In this document: piece after piece, positions 16,473 through 26,264 of the stretch | Position numbering within the stretch: position 1 is the stretch's first letter | Layout: every line of letters starts with the position of its first letter | Origin: Thermoplasmatales archaeon | Lineage (GTDB): Archaea; Thermoplasmatota; Thermoplasmata; Thermoplasmatales; GCA-001856825 | Assembly: GCA_038729485.1 (NCBI GenBank) | Contig: JAVYRX010000003.1 | Span: 106,524 to 170,523, forward strand | Direction: 5' to 3' | Length of the DNA stretch: 64,000 nt | The notes under the pieces: generated by a model | The model's database searches: none | Told to the model about the DNA's origin: nothing | Seen by the model: only the letters and a program-made list of their open reading frames with translations | Position numbers and translations under genes: made by a program

Positions 16473-17468
16473 TCACGTTGAGTCTTGAATGGAAATGCAG
16501 TTGTTCAGGTAGGATACCCTTGTAACGAAATCAGAAACGTCCATCATCTTAGTTTCAAGATTCCAGAGTTTATCCCTAGGTGCAATTGCGAGGATGAATC
16601 CAGCTGACCCCCCTCCCATGAGCCGCGCCGTGCAAGCTCCATTTTGCATGGCGTTCTCAATCAAAGAATCAACCCTTTTGTTCGTTATTCCGACCCCTAG
16701 TTTCTTTTTCAATTCCCACCCTACATTCATAAGTCTACAAAATGAGTTCATATCCATGTTTGAAACGGCATCTTTTGCCTGCAGTGTGACATTTTTTATC
16801 TCCAGCAGAGTCTTAATTATTTCGTTGGATCCTTTATTAAGTTTACTGACTTCGTCCTGAAGTTCCACGGAACTGTTTCTAGTTGAACCGGTGTAGATTA
16901 TTATGGATGAACTGCTCAGCAGGTTCGTAAAACTATTTGCTGCATCTAATTTTTCTACCTTTGCTTTTCCGCCTGAAAATTCAACGTATTTTAGACCGGG
17001 AAATGGGATAGCATAAGGATCCTGCAGGCCAAGCGTGACCTTAAAGTGGTCCTTTTCTATTCTGTATGATTCTTCTGCCATTTTCATCCAATCGATACCC
17101 ACGCCTTTCATTCTGTTTATTACCGTAAGTAGGGCCAGCACCAGGGAAGTAGATGACCCTAGACCCGTCCCGGCCGGGACGTCTCCAGCAACAGAAAGGC
17201 GTCCTGTTCTTATGCCGTTCATTTCAAAAAGATTTGAAATTTTGTTTAGGAAATTGTTTCCCGCAGAAGCAACCGAGCTCCAGCTTTTCAGAAGATCCCT
17301 TGATGAGATCTCCAGAGGCATGCCATCGTCAACGTACCTTACCGTTATCCCTCTATCTATGGTGGCATTTATGACCGATCCACCATGGAGATCTGGGAAA
17401 GGCGGAACGTCAGTACCGCCTCCTATAAAACTCACTCTATATGGAGAGAAAACAGAGATGCTTCTCAT
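16473..17468 (-). CDS. GHMP-family sugar kinase (COG2605; fucokinase / heptose-7-P kinase-like)
   Basis: Start trimmed to the ATG giving 'MRSISVFSPYRVSFIGGGTD', the canonical COG2605 N-terminus. GHMP motif II 'PAGTGLGSSTS' and motif III 'RLMGGGSAGF' are present. Confidence 0.8.
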   Translation of the reverse strand: MRSISVFSPYRVSFIGGGTDVPPFPDLHGGSVINATIDRGITVRYVDDGMPLEISSRDLLKSWSSVASAGNNFLNKISNLFEMNGIRTGRLSVAGDVPAGTGLGSSTSLVLALLTVINRMKGVGIDWMKMAEESYRIEKDHFKVTLGLQDPYAIPFPGLKYVEFSGGKAKVEKLDAANSFTNLLSSSSIIIYTGSTRNSSVELQDEVSKLNKGSNEIIKTLLEIKNVTLQAKDAVSNMDMNSFCRLMNVGWELKKKLGVGITNKRVDSLIENAMQNGACTARLMGGGSAGFILAIAPRDKLWNLETKMMDVSDFVTRVSYLNNCISIQDST

Positions 17469-17490
17469 TACATGTGAATGCAAAATATGA

Positions 17491-17498
17491 TATAAAAA
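17491..17498 (+). promoter_or_regulatory. TATA-box-like element in the divergent promoter between the GHMP kinase and the SQ synthase
   Basis: TATAAAAA lies about 30 nt upstream of the ATG at 17528, within the 59-bp divergent spacer. Confidence 0.4.
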
Positions 17499-17527
17499 TT
17501 GAAATCCTTCCTAATGATTGCATTTGG

Positions 17528-18706
17528 ATGAGAGCCCTAATACTTGGGATTGATGGATATATTGGCTGGGCTCTAGCTCTCCGCCTTGCGTCGATGGGAT
17601 ATGAAGTTACCGGCGTTGATAATTTTTATACGAGGAGAAGGGTGAGGGAGGTCGGATCTAATTCTGCCCTCCCTCTGCTTTCGTTTAACAAGAGGGTTGA
17701 AAAAGTTAGGGAAAAGATGGGCGTAAAGATCAATTTCATCAGAGGAAACGTCGCAATTCCTAACGTTATGTACGGAGTTTTCAAATCTATAAAGCCCGAG
17801 GTGGTGTTCCATCTGGCGGAGCAGCGTTCCGCCCCTTATTCCATGATAGGCCTCAAACAGGCGAGCGAGACCATGAGTACCAACCTACTTAGTACTTTAA
17901 ATCTTGTATACGCGGCCAAGGACATCTCTCCCGACGTGCACATAATAAAACTAGGTACAATGGGGGAATACGGCACGCCAAATATAGACATAACAGAGGG
18001 ATTCATTGAGGTTAAGTTCAGGGGAAGGAAAGACGTCCTTCCCTTTCCAAGAAATGCGAGTTCATGGTACCATTGGTCCAAAGTCCATGATTCAAATAAC
18101 CTGATGTTTGCGAACAGATTATGGAGGCTTAAAATAACCGACGTTATGCAAGGCGTCGTATATGGAACTAGGACGGATGAAATCAAAAGAACCGGGTTAT
18201 ATACTAGATTTGACATTGACGAGGTTTGGGGCACGGCCGTCAACAGATTTGTTGCTCAGGCCGTAATAGGGAATCCAATAACGCCGTATGGTAATGGTAA
18301 CCAAAAGAGGGGTTTTCTCGCTTTGGAGGACAGCATAAACTGTCTTACCATAGCAATGAACAATCCTCCCGATGCTGGGAAATACAGGGTACTTAACCAG
18401 TTCGATCAATACTATTCAATAAATTACCTAGCAGATACCGTCGCCAGAATCTATGAGGAAATATCCGGAAGGCCTGCAAGAATCGAACACGTGAGGAACC
18501 CTAGGGTGGAATCAGAGGATCATTATTACAACCCGGATCACGAGACGCTTCGTAAGCTCGGATACAGACCAAAAAGCACCTTGAGTCACGTTGTAAAGGA
18601 AATGATCGAAGACCTGCTGAATTACAGGGAACGGTGCGAATCCTTAAAATCCGTGATAATGCCCAGAACGGTATGGGTTAAAAGCAAAGGCCTGATCAGT
18701 TCTTGA
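17528..18706 (+). CDS. agl3: UDP-sulfoquinovose synthase (SQD1/Agl3 family SDR)
   Basis: Start trimmed to MRALILGIDGYIGW (Rossmann motif). Long collinear matches to plant SQD1 as I recall it: 'EQRSAPYSM', 'KLGTMGEYGTPNIDI', 'YHWSKVHDSNN', 'TDVMQGVVYG', 'GTAVNRF', 'NPRVE.E.HYYN'. Confidence 0.9.
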   Translation: MRALILGIDGYIGWALALRLASMGYEVTGVDNFYTRRRVREVGSNSALPLLSFNKRVEKVREKMGVKINFIRGNVAIPNVMYGVFKSIKPEVVFHLAEQRSAPYSMIGLKQASETMSTNLLSTLNLVYAAKDISPDVHIIKLGTMGEYGTPNIDITEGFIEVKFRGRKDVLPFPRNASSWYHWSKVHDSNNLMFANRLWRLKITDVMQGVVYGTRTDEIKRTGLYTRFDIDEVWGTAVNRFVAQAVIGNPITPYGNGNQKRGFLALEDSINCLTIAMNNPPDAGKYRVLNQFDQYYSINYLADTVARIYEEISGRPARIEHVRNPRVESEDHYYNPDHETLRKLGYRPKSTLSHVVKEMIEDLLNYRERCESLKSVIMPRTVWVKSKGLISS

Positions 18707-19487
18707 TTTTCCGTTTGACAGAATCATAGCTGGATCTAAGGGCATTTAGGTACTCCTCAGCAACGCCTACGCTTATCCAGTTTTTCCTGGAAATCTCGAG
18801 TGCTCTGAATTCAATTCCCTCCTTTATAGCTAAATCGATTGCGTCGGTGATCTCTTTCCCGCCGGTCCGTTCTATGAACTCGAAAATGCTCGGAGGCAAA
18901 TAATAAAATGCGCACATCGCATAATTTGAAGGCGGGTTACTGGGCTTTTCCAAAACACCCTTCACCTTTGGGGGTTCGCTGGAATCATCTATCAACGCAA
19001 CCCCGTATCTCCTTGCATCCTCAACCTTCATGACGAGGAGTGTCCATCTTTCACTCCCTAAGGAAGAGCAGAGAAGATCTTGAATTTTTGAAAAGTCCCA
19101 GACCGTAGCGTCTCCAGCTGCAAGGATGAATCCCTCGTTACCTATGAAGTCTCCCGCTTGAAGACACGCATCCCCGAATCCCGCTTTTTCTTTCTGGTAT
19201 AGTATGGTGCACCAGGGCAGTGCTTTTCTGACGTAGCTTTCAGTTACAAGGTCTTCAGGATCAAGAACTATGGCGACGTCTCTGATCCCCATATCTCTCA
19301 GTCTGAATGCGAGAATGTCCAGTATCGGTCTAAGAGCCATCTTTCCATCCCTAACATCGTACAAAGGGAGGAGTTCTTTCCTCAGCACGCCATTGAGCCC
19401 AGACCTTGTCCCCAGACCGGCTGCAGTTATTACGGCTTTCATTTTTCTTGGATCTGATTCAAAATTGCCTATTAAATTAGAGGTCAC
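18696..19487 (-). CDS. sugar-1-phosphate nucleotidyltransferase (probable UTP-glucose-1-phosphate uridylyltransferase)
   Basis: The 'KAVITAAGLGTRSG...RKELLPL' motif is the G-x-G-T-R nucleotidyltransferase signature. The likely true start is the internal MKAVI (about 19442). Confidence 0.75.
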   Translation of the reverse strand: MTSNLIGNFESDPRKMKAVITAAGLGTRSGLNGVLRKELLPLYDVRDGKMALRPILDILAFRLRDMGIRDVAIVLDPEDLVTESYVRKALPWCTILYQKEKAGFGDACLQAGDFIGNEGFILAAGDATVWDFSKIQDLLCSSLGSERWTLLVMKVEDARRYGVALIDDSSEPPKVKGVLEKPSNPPSNYAMCAFYYLPPSIFEFIERTGGKEITDAIDLAIKEGIEFRALEISRKNWISVGVAEEYLNALRSSYDSVKRKIKN

Positions 19488-19524
19488 TACGTGAGAATCT
19501 ATAAGTCAAGAGAACAATATTGTT

Positions 19525-20469
19525 ATGATGTTGGTGTCACCGGTCGCCGGAATAATTATCGGAGTGCTGGCCCTTGTCTTTTCCTCTCTTGCACTCACGG
19601 CTTCTATAGAAAATATAGGTTCTAAGCTTAGGTTCAGTGACAGTCTGACGGGGGCATTACTGAGTCCGATGTTCACGGCGCTTCCGGAGCTGATCATAAT
19701 AGCTGAAGCCATAATCCTGATAGGGAGATCCCCGGGCTCGGAAATAGCTGCTGGGACCATAATAGGCGAACCATTCATGGTTTCATCATTGGGGATGCCT
19801 GCGGCTGTGATCGTTTTGTCGATTTCTAAGAGGAAACGCGGGGAATTGGAGAAGATCGATGGTTCCCTTTCAAGAATCATGCTTCTTCTCGGCATTGTAT
19901 TTCCAATAATGCTCATACCTCATTTCTTGAACACGATTTTAGTGAGAATAGCTGTATCACTGTGTCTTGTTTTAATTTATGTTGCCTTAATATTTCTTCT
20001 CAAGGGGCAGGAAGAGATAAGCGGAAAAAGGATTCCATCGAAGCTGTTCATAGTTCTCGTAACTGCGGGTCTCATCCTTCTGCTATCGGGTTCCACCATC
20101 CTTGTGAGCTCGATAAACGAGTTTGCCAATCAATCCGGAATCAGCAGGGAATTAATGGGGATACTAATTATCCCCATAGGGACTATAGTACCGGAGACTA
20201 TGAACTCCCTGGTGTGGGCATCAAAATACAGGACCAACCTCTCTATTTCTGCACTGCTTGGGGAGGAGCTGATGTTCACCACGATTTTTCCAGCCATAGG
20301 TATAGCGGCCAGCAGCTGGATCATAACGTATTATGGCATTGTTGCCGTTGTGCTTTTTTCCTCGTTTTCAATAGTCGTAGGTTTCGTTTTGTCAAGGCTG
20401 AAGGGGGTTGTGTATCCTATGTTGGCCTATTTTGCTTCTTTTGTGATTTTTTTGTTCTTTGTTTACTAA
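19525..20469 (+). CDS. Ca2+/cation antiporter (CaCA, YrbG-like Na+/Ca2+ exchanger family)
   Basis: About 10 TM segments with two alpha-repeat motifs, 'GALLSPMFTALPELII' and 'GILIIPIGTIVPETMNS'. Confidence 0.75.
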   Translation: MMLVSPVAGIIIGVLALVFSSLALTASIENIGSKLRFSDSLTGALLSPMFTALPELIIIAEAIILIGRSPGSEIAAGTIIGEPFMVSSLGMPAAVIVLSISKRKRGELEKIDGSLSRIMLLLGIVFPIMLIPHFLNTILVRIAVSLCLVLIYVALIFLLKGQEEISGKRIPSKLFIVLVTAGLILLLSGSTILVSSINEFANQSGISRELMGILIIPIGTIVPETMNSLVWASKYRTNLSISALLGEELMFTTIFPAIGIAASSWIITYYGIVAVVLFSSFSIVVGFVLSRLKGVVYPMLAYFASFVIFLFFVY

Positions 20470-20490
20470 TTTATTAGTAAAACCAAATTA

Positions 20491-21189
20491 ATGGAAAATA
20501 TTAAAATATGGAAAATAGATATTGAACATATGAGCAATCAAATCGAGTTATCACTTTCGGAGATAAAAAATGACCTACTAAAAGGCAAACCAGTAATAGT
20601 TTATGATTTTGATAATAGAGAAGAAGAGGCAGACATGGTCTTCTATGGAGGAGCCATTACGTGGGAATCCATAAATAGGCTTCGAAGGGATGCCGGCGGT
20701 TTGATATGCTACGTTACAGGAGGAAATGAAGCGTCTTCCCTTAGGCTGAAATTTCTATCTGACGAGTGGAAGAACCACCCAATATATAGCAGCTTGGTTA
20801 AGAAACCATCCTACGGAGATTTTCCTGCCTTCATGATATGGGTGAACCACGTCTCAGTTACAACAGGCATATCCGACATCGACAGGGCGAAGACCATAAG
20901 AGAACTGCACAATATGTTATCTGACCACGTAGAGGACAAGGCATCTTATTTCCTAGACAATTTCTATGCCCCAGGGCACGTCCCTATACTGGCTTCGAGG
21001 GGATTGGAAAGGAGGAGGGGCCACACTGAGCTTGTAACGCATCTTGCGGAGGTGCTTGGCCTTCCAAGGAGCATGGTCATTTCTGAAATGCTTGGGGAAG
21101 GAAAAAGTCTGAGCAGGAACCTTGCAAGCTCCTATGCTTCCAGAAACGGTCTTATATTTCTTGAGGGCAAAGATATCGTAAGGATGTGA
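20491..21189 (+). CDS. ribB: 3,4-dihydroxy-2-butanone-4-phosphate synthase
   Basis: 'DNREEEADMVF', 'GHVPIL', 'RRGHTE' and 'SEML' match the archaeal DHBP synthase pattern. Confidence 0.85.
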   Translation: MENIKIWKIDIEHMSNQIELSLSEIKNDLLKGKPVIVYDFDNREEEADMVFYGGAITWESINRLRRDAGGLICYVTGGNEASSLRLKFLSDEWKNHPIYSSLVKKPSYGDFPAFMIWVNHVSVTTGISDIDRAKTIRELHNMLSDHVEDKASYFLDNFYAPGHVPILASRGLERRRGHTELVTHLAEVLGLPRSMVISEMLGEGKSLSRNLASSYASRNGLIFLEGKDIVRM

Positions 21190-21665
21190 ATTTAATGCCC
21201 AAATACGGGATTGTGGACACCACATTTTCAAGGGTGGACATGGGCAGGATTGCATATGAAACTATCAGGAAGGAGGACCCTGACGGAAAAATATTAAGGT
21301 ATACCGTACCCGGAATAAAGGACCTTCCTGTTGGTGCAGCAAAGTTATTCGACGAAGGATGCGATGGAGTAATAACACTTGGATGGGTAGGCAGGACGAT
21401 GCTTGACAAGTACAGTTATCTCGCAACTAGTATTGGTCTAATCAATGCACAGCTCATGGTCAGGAAACACGTAATGGACGTCACTGTTCATGAAGATGAG
21501 GTAGAGGAATCTCAGCTTGCTGAGCTAGCCCGGGACAGAACTGTTAAGCACTCACGGAACCTTGTCATGTTGGTGACTGGTGGAGGCATGGCACTTCAGA
21601 GCAAAGCTGGAAAGGGGCTTAGGCAAGGATATAATAATATCGGGCAGATTCAAGGTGAGGATTAA
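21186..21665 (+). CDS. ribC: archaeal-type riboflavin synthase
   Basis: '[16 protein letters not shown]', 'VPGIKDLPV', 'VHEDE' and 'AGKGLRQG' closely parallel the Methanocaldococcus RibC as I recall it. The start may be the ATG at 21195. Confidence 0.85.
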   Translation: MNLMPKYGIVDTTFSRVDMGRIAYETIRKEDPDGKILRYTVPGIKDLPVGAAKLFDEGCDGVITLGWVGRTMLDKYSYLATSIGLINAQLMVRKHVMDVTVHEDEVEESQLAELARDRTVKHSRNLVMLVTGGGMALQSKAGKGLRQGYNNIGQIQGED

Positions 21666-21666
21666 A

Positions 21667-22077
21667 ATGGCCAAAATAGGTCTTGTAGTATCTGACTTCA
21701 ATTACGATATAACCAGCCTGATGCACGAGAAGGCAGAGGAACATGCGGATCTTCTGGGTCTTCAACATCAATCAGTGAGGGTTCCTGGTGTTTTCGACGT
21801 TCCCCTAGCTGTGAAAATCCTTCTGAAGAGGAAGGATATTGACGGGGTTGCGGTCATAGGGGCAGTTATAAAAGGTGACACGAAGCATGACGATCTTGTC
21901 ATAAATCAGGCTGTCAGAAAGCTCGTAGATCTATCTACGGATTCGGAAAAACCCGTTACATTGGGAATCATTGGTCCGGGCGCTGATCATGAACAGGCTG
22001 TCGCAAGAATAGAAGAGTATTCCACAAGAGCAGTGGAATCGCTTGCTAAACTTCTTAAAGCTTTAAGGGAACGCTAA
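21667..22077 (+). CDS. ribH: 6,7-dimethyl-8-ribityllumazine synthase
   Basis: I trimmed the listed 21580 ORF to the ATG at 21667 ([12 protein letters not shown]), 1 nt after the ribC stop. '[10 protein letters not shown]' and '[10 protein letters not shown]' are present. Confidence 0.85.
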   Translation: MAKIGLVVSDFNYDITSLMHEKAEEHADLLGLQHQSVRVPGVFDVPLAVKILLKRKDIDGVAVIGAVIKGDTKHDDLVINQAVRKLVDLSTDSEKPVTLGIIGPGADHEQAVARIEEYSTRAVESLAKLLKALRER

Positions 22078-22086
22078 AGAAGAATA

Positions 22087-22093
22087 TTTTTTT
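22087..22093 (+). terminator. oligo-T tract downstream of ribH
   Basis: A run of seven T lies 10 nt after the ribH stop. Archaeal intrinsic termination uses oligo-T. Confidence 0.35.
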
Positions 22094-22115
22094 ATCATAC
22101 TGGAATAAACTTCAG

Positions 22116-24665
22116 ATGCCGTACGATTTCAAGGAAAGCGAAAGAAGGTGGAGCGAGTACTGGAAGAATGAAAGGACATTCAGATTCGATTTTCATTCGT
22201 CGAAAAGGGTATTCAGCATAGATACTCCCCCGAGGTATGCGTCGGGTAGGATGCACATAGGGCATGCATTCCATTACAGCCATATCGATATGATAGCTAA
22301 ATTCCATAGGCTGAAGGGGGAAGATGTATTTTTCCCACTGTGTTTCGACGTAAATGGGATGCCTATTGAGGTAAACGTTGAGAAGAAGTATAAGATAAGA
22401 ATGAAGGATTACGACAGGCAGGAATTCGTAAAGCTTTGCGAGGATTTTGCAGATAAAAACATAAACGACATGATAGATCAATTCAGGGCGCTGGGTATAA
22501 GCGCCGACGACTCTCTATATTACAGGACGAGCTCGGAGATGTACAGAAAATATACTCAGATATCGTTCATAAGGATGTACAGGGATGGATTGGCCTATAA
22601 GGGCAAGCATCCAGTCAACTGGTGCCCGAGGTGCGAAACAGCGATTGCAGAGTCGGAAATAGTGTACGAAGAAAGGGAAGTATCGCTTAACCAGATAACG
22701 TTCAGGGGCGACGGGTTCAATATAACGATATCCACGACGAGGCCGGAACTTATTCCGGGATGCGTTGCCTTGGCTGTAAATCCTAAAGACGAAAGGTATA
22801 AAAACCTCATAGGTAAGGAAGTGAATGTTCCCTTATTTAACAAGGAGGTGACGATACTGGGGGACGAAGATGTTCTCATGGATTTCGGTACAGGTGCAGA
22901 AATGATTTGTTCTGTGGGGGACAAGGACGACCTCAAAATGATATATAGGCATTCCCTTCCCCTAATAAAAACAATAGACGAAACAGGAAGGTTGACTGAG
23001 GTTGCTGGTAGCTACAGTGGCTTGACGACAAAAGAGGCAAGAGAAAGAATACTGACGGACCTTAAGGAAGAGGGCTATTTTGTTTCAGAGAGCAAGATAA
23101 TGCAAAACGTGGGTACCTGTTGGAGATGTTCCACCCCTCTGGAATTCCTTCAGAAAGAACAGTGGTTCATAAAGACTATTTCATTCAAGGATGAAGTTAA
23201 AAGGTGGGCAAGCCAAATCTCCTGGTACCCAGATTTCATGAAAAAGAGGCTCGATGACTGGACTGATTCCCTTTCTTGGGATTGGGTTGTTTCAAGGCAG
23301 AGATATTTCGCGACGCCCATACCTGTTTGGGAATGCGATAATGGCCACGTAACGGTTGCCGAGGAAAAACAGTGCTACGTTGATCCTATGATAGACCCCC
23401 CTCCAGTTGAGCGGTGTGCAGTTTGCGGGGGAGAGCTGAAGGGATCTCAGGAAGTGTTTGACACATGGATGGATTCTTCAATATCACCGCTTTTCAATAC
23501 TTTTTATGCTAGGGACGAGAGCCTATTCGAGAAGCTTTATCCGATGAGCCTTAGACCTCAGGGACAGGAAATAATCAGAACGTGGGCATATTACAGCATA
23601 GTGAGATCTAACCTTCTGACAGGCAGAAATCCGTGGAATGAAATAATGGTAGATGGAAACATAATGGCGCCAGACGGGAGGCCGATGCATGCGTCATGGG
23701 GGAACGTAGTTGACCCGATAGAACTCATTGGAAAGTACGGCGCAGACGCATTCAGATACTTTGCTGCGTCCTGTTCCCTTGGAGAGGATTCCCCCTTCAG
23801 GGAAAGGGATCTCATCAGGGGCCAGAGGTTCGTCAACAAGATATTTAACTTGGTTAATTTCCTGGAATTTTACAAAGGAAAGCAGGTCTCTGATGGTGAA
23901 GCTAGGCCTGCAGATCACTGGATAAGAAGGGAACTGAACAGGGTAGCAAGCGAGGTTGATTCAGCGATGAGTTCCTATGCAATGGATAAAGCGATAAGAT
24001 CCCTTGAAAACTTCATCTGGCATACGCTCGCTGACGACTATGTTGAGATTGTTAAGCACAGGTTGTTGGAGAAAGAGGCTTATGAAAACGTATATCACGT
24101 AATACTGTCCTCAGTAATTATGGTATCACCGATCCTTCCATTCATTGCTGAAGACTCATATCAGAGGTTCTTCCGCAAATACGAGGAGAAAAATAGCATA
24201 TTCGATATGCCCTTCCATTCTCGAATTGAATACGATGAAGAGCTCGCAGACATAGGAGCTTTGACTGTCAAGGCAGTCTCTCTCGGAAGGGACCTAAAAG
24301 TCAAACAGAGGATCCCACTTTCGGAAAAACTAGGCAACATTTCCATAATATCACCTGGCGAAATAGAGATAGACAAGGAAGACGTAAAAGGAGCGTTGAG
24401 GTCTGAAACAATTTCAGAAGAAAAAGGGAGCGTAGAGGAAAAGATAATATCCGTTAAGCTTAAGCCTGAAATGTATCAGTTGCTTAAAGGCAAAGCGAAG
24501 GAAGTGGAAAAGGCGATCACTGAGAATCCTCAACTGATAGAGGAAGGAATTGAAATAGACGGGATCAAGATATCCAGGGAAGGGATCATTGTTGTGAAGG
24601 AGTACTCAGTGCAGGGTAGAAGTGCAAATTGCTCCGGAGAATTCTGCATATCCATAAGAAAATGA
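22116..24665 (+). CDS. valS: valine--tRNA ligase (class Ia) with a divergent KMSKS loop
   Basis: 'IDTPPRYASGRMHIGHA' (HIGH), 'WCPRCETAI', CP1 'GTGAEMICSVGDKDD' and 'DTWMDSS' are present. The KMSKS position reads 'GRPMHASWGNVVDP'. Confidence 0.85.
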   Translation: MPYDFKESERRWSEYWKNERTFRFDFHSSKRVFSIDTPPRYASGRMHIGHAFHYSHIDMIAKFHRLKGEDVFFPLCFDVNGMPIEVNVEKKYKIRMKDYDRQEFVKLCEDFADKNINDMIDQFRALGISADDSLYYRTSSEMYRKYTQISFIRMYRDGLAYKGKHPVNWCPRCETAIAESEIVYEEREVSLNQITFRGDGFNITISTTRPELIPGCVALAVNPKDERYKNLIGKEVNVPLFNKEVTILGDEDVLMDFGTGAEMICSVGDKDDLKMIYRHSLPLIKTIDETGRLTEVAGSYSGLTTKEARERILTDLKEEGYFVSESKIMQNVGTCWRCSTPLEFLQKEQWFIKTISFKDEVKRWASQISWYPDFMKKRLDDWTDSLSWDWVVSRQRYFATPIPVWECDNGHVTVAEEKQCYVDPMIDPPPVERCAVCGGELKGSQEVFDTWMDSSISPLFNTFYARDESLFEKLYPMSLRPQGQEIIRTWAYYSIVRSNLLTGRNPWNEIMVDGNIMAPDGRPMHASWGNVVDPIELIGKYGADAFRYFAASCSLGEDSPFRERDLIRGQRFVNKIFNLVNFLEFYKGKQVSDGEARPADHWIRRELNRVASEVDSAMSSYAMDKAIRSLENFIWHTLADDYVEIVKHRLLEKEAYENVYHVILSSVIMVSPILPFIAEDSYQRFFRKYEEKNSIFDMPFHSRIEYDEELADIGALTVKAVSLGRDLKVKQRIPLSEKLGNISIISPGEIEIDKEDVKGALRSETISEEKGSVEEKIISVKLKPEMYQLLKGKAKEVEKAITENPQLIEEGIEIDGIKISREGIIVVKEYSVQGRSANCSGEFCISIRK

Positions 24666-24699
24666 CAAATGATTTATCTAACGAGACGGTGCATAATAG

Positions 24700-25074
24700 G
24701 TGACAAGAAGAGCCAGCGATGAAGAGATTATCTTCAACGTCTTATCAATCCTTAGAGACAATGGCGAGGTGATAGGGGAAGTCAATTTCCTGGAAATGCT
24801 CAGAAGAAAGAATTCTAGTCTTTCTCCACGCAGGTTCAGGAGGCTCATTTTCAAGATACCTGAAATTTTAGTCACAATAAAATACACGAAAAATAAATAC
24901 GGGAAGCTGGAAAGATGTCCGATCTGCGGCTCTAAGATGAAGGCAGTAAGGGTGATCAATCTTGAGGGAAAGAGGACCACAGTCGGTTACAGGTGCCCCA
25001 CGTGCCACTACAATTCTTTCAAAAATGGGAAACCATATATATATGCGTTTAGGTTAAAGAAACGTGATATCTGA
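24700..25074 (+). CDS. hypothetical zinc-ribbon protein
   Basis: 124 aa with a GTG start. It carries a 'CPICGSK...CPTCH' four-Cys ribbon after a possible winged-helix-like N-terminus. Confidence 0.5.
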   Translation: MTRRASDEEIIFNVLSILRDNGEVIGEVNFLEMLRRKNSSLSPRRFRRLIFKIPEILVTIKYTKNKYGKLERCPICGSKMKAVRVINLEGKRTTVGYRCPTCHYNSFKNGKPYIYAFRLKKRDI

Positions 25075-25480
25075 CATAGAGAAAAATTACATCGTAGCCA
25101 AGATTGAAAGCGGCGAAGACGTCCTGGAGACGATGCTCCAGATCATAGACGACTATGGAATATTTTCTGGACTGGTTGTGCTCGGAATCGGAATGATCAA
25201 GAAGCTGGAGGTGGGTTATTGGGACGGAAAGGAATATCAGAGGAAAGTTATGCCTGAAGCCGGGGAAGTGGTGTCGTTTCACGGTACTATAACATCAAAT
25301 GAGCCCCGCCTTCACATTCATGTTTCTGTTGCTCGGCAGGATCACGGGGTAGTTGGGGGCCATTTCTTTTCTGGAATTGCGGATCCCCTTCTTGAAGTGC
25401 ATGTTCTTCGGTTGGAGGAGATGGTTCTTAAAAGGGAACGTAATGCAAAATCCGGATTGAACGAGCTTGCGTTCGAATAA
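25064..25480 (+). CDS. PPC (DUF296) domain protein
   Basis: 138 aa with a GTG start. 'LSGIG...V...HLHVSVA...G.V.GGHL'-type pattern (GLVVLGIGMI, PRLHIHVSVARQDHGVVGGHFF). Confidence 0.65.
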   Translation: MISDIEKNYIVAKIESGEDVLETMLQIIDDYGIFSGLVVLGIGMIKKLEVGYWDGKEYQRKVMPEAGEVVSFHGTITSNEPRLHIHVSVARQDHGVVGGHFFSGIADPLLEVHVLRLEEMVLKRERNAKSGLNELAFE

Positions 25481-25519
25481 TCTGTCTTGTTAGGCTAATG
25501 CTGTCCCAGAATCGCTAAA

Positions 25520-26101
25520 TCAGTGACAGGGAGTAAGTCTCTTTTTGACGTTAGAAGTGAGAAGCAATGTTCCTATGGTGAGAACTTTCCCTTCAGCAAT
25601 GTCTATGGCCGTCATCGAGGCAGGTTTTATGTCTATCCCGAAGCTTCCAGCTTCGTCGAGTCCAAGAAAGCTTGCGGTAAGCACTCTTATAGGCAGTGCA
25701 TGAGAAACAATGATATAGCAGCCGTCATAGTCCTTTATAGTATCCTTCATCCTCTTCAGAATGGATTCCCAGGTTTCCATCCCGAGATCTTCTCTGCTCA
25801 TCTTTGGTACATCATCGACTTTGAATCCATTGTAGGGGCCAAGTCCAGCTTCCTTCACTCTCTTATCCTCCTTTGCGCTGAGGCCTGTTATTTCTGCGAG
25901 CGTCTTTGCAGTCTGTTTTGTCCTGAGAACAGGGCTGTACAATATTCCATTAAACTTTAGGTCTTTCAGCTGTTCCCCAGTGAATAGAATCTGCTCAACA
26001 CCTCTCTGAGTTAGTGGATATTTGTCAAGTTCGTCCGAAATAATATTGTTCACGTTAGCAAAACTTTCACCATGCCTGACAAGCATAACCTTCTTCATCA
26101 A
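25520..26101 (-). CDS. histidine phosphatase family protein (phosphoglycerate mutase-like)
   Basis: 'VMLVRHGESFAN' (RHG motif), 'LTQRG' and a late 'VSHA' motif. Confidence 0.8.
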   Translation of the reverse strand: MMKKVMLVRHGESFANVNNIISDELDKYPLTQRGVEQILFTGEQLKDLKFNGILYSPVLRTKQTAKTLAEITGLSAKEDKRVKEAGLGPYNGFKVDDVPKMSREDLGMETWESILKRMKDTIKDYDGCYIIVSHALPIRVLTASFLGLDEAGSFGIDIKPASMTAIDIAEGKVLTIGTLLLTSNVKKRLTPCH

Positions 26102-26264
26102 AATGATCTACCTTCCAGTCAATACTGTTGGGTACAAAATCTTTCCAGTGATGTTAAGTGAAAAATAAACCAAGGTATATTTCCTAAAATCATGCCTCTG
26201 CAAATCTCCCCTTTTGAGTAGAAACCTTTATTCTTAATCCAGATGCTTTTGCGTTGAGCCACGG

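Noticed and set aside
19962-20477. 171-aa ORF in an alternative frame on the same strand as the CaCA antiporter
   Set aside because: It lies fully inside the antiporter gene, whose frame carries the alpha-repeat motifs. The alternative-frame product is Cys/Arg-rich and has no recognisable features.
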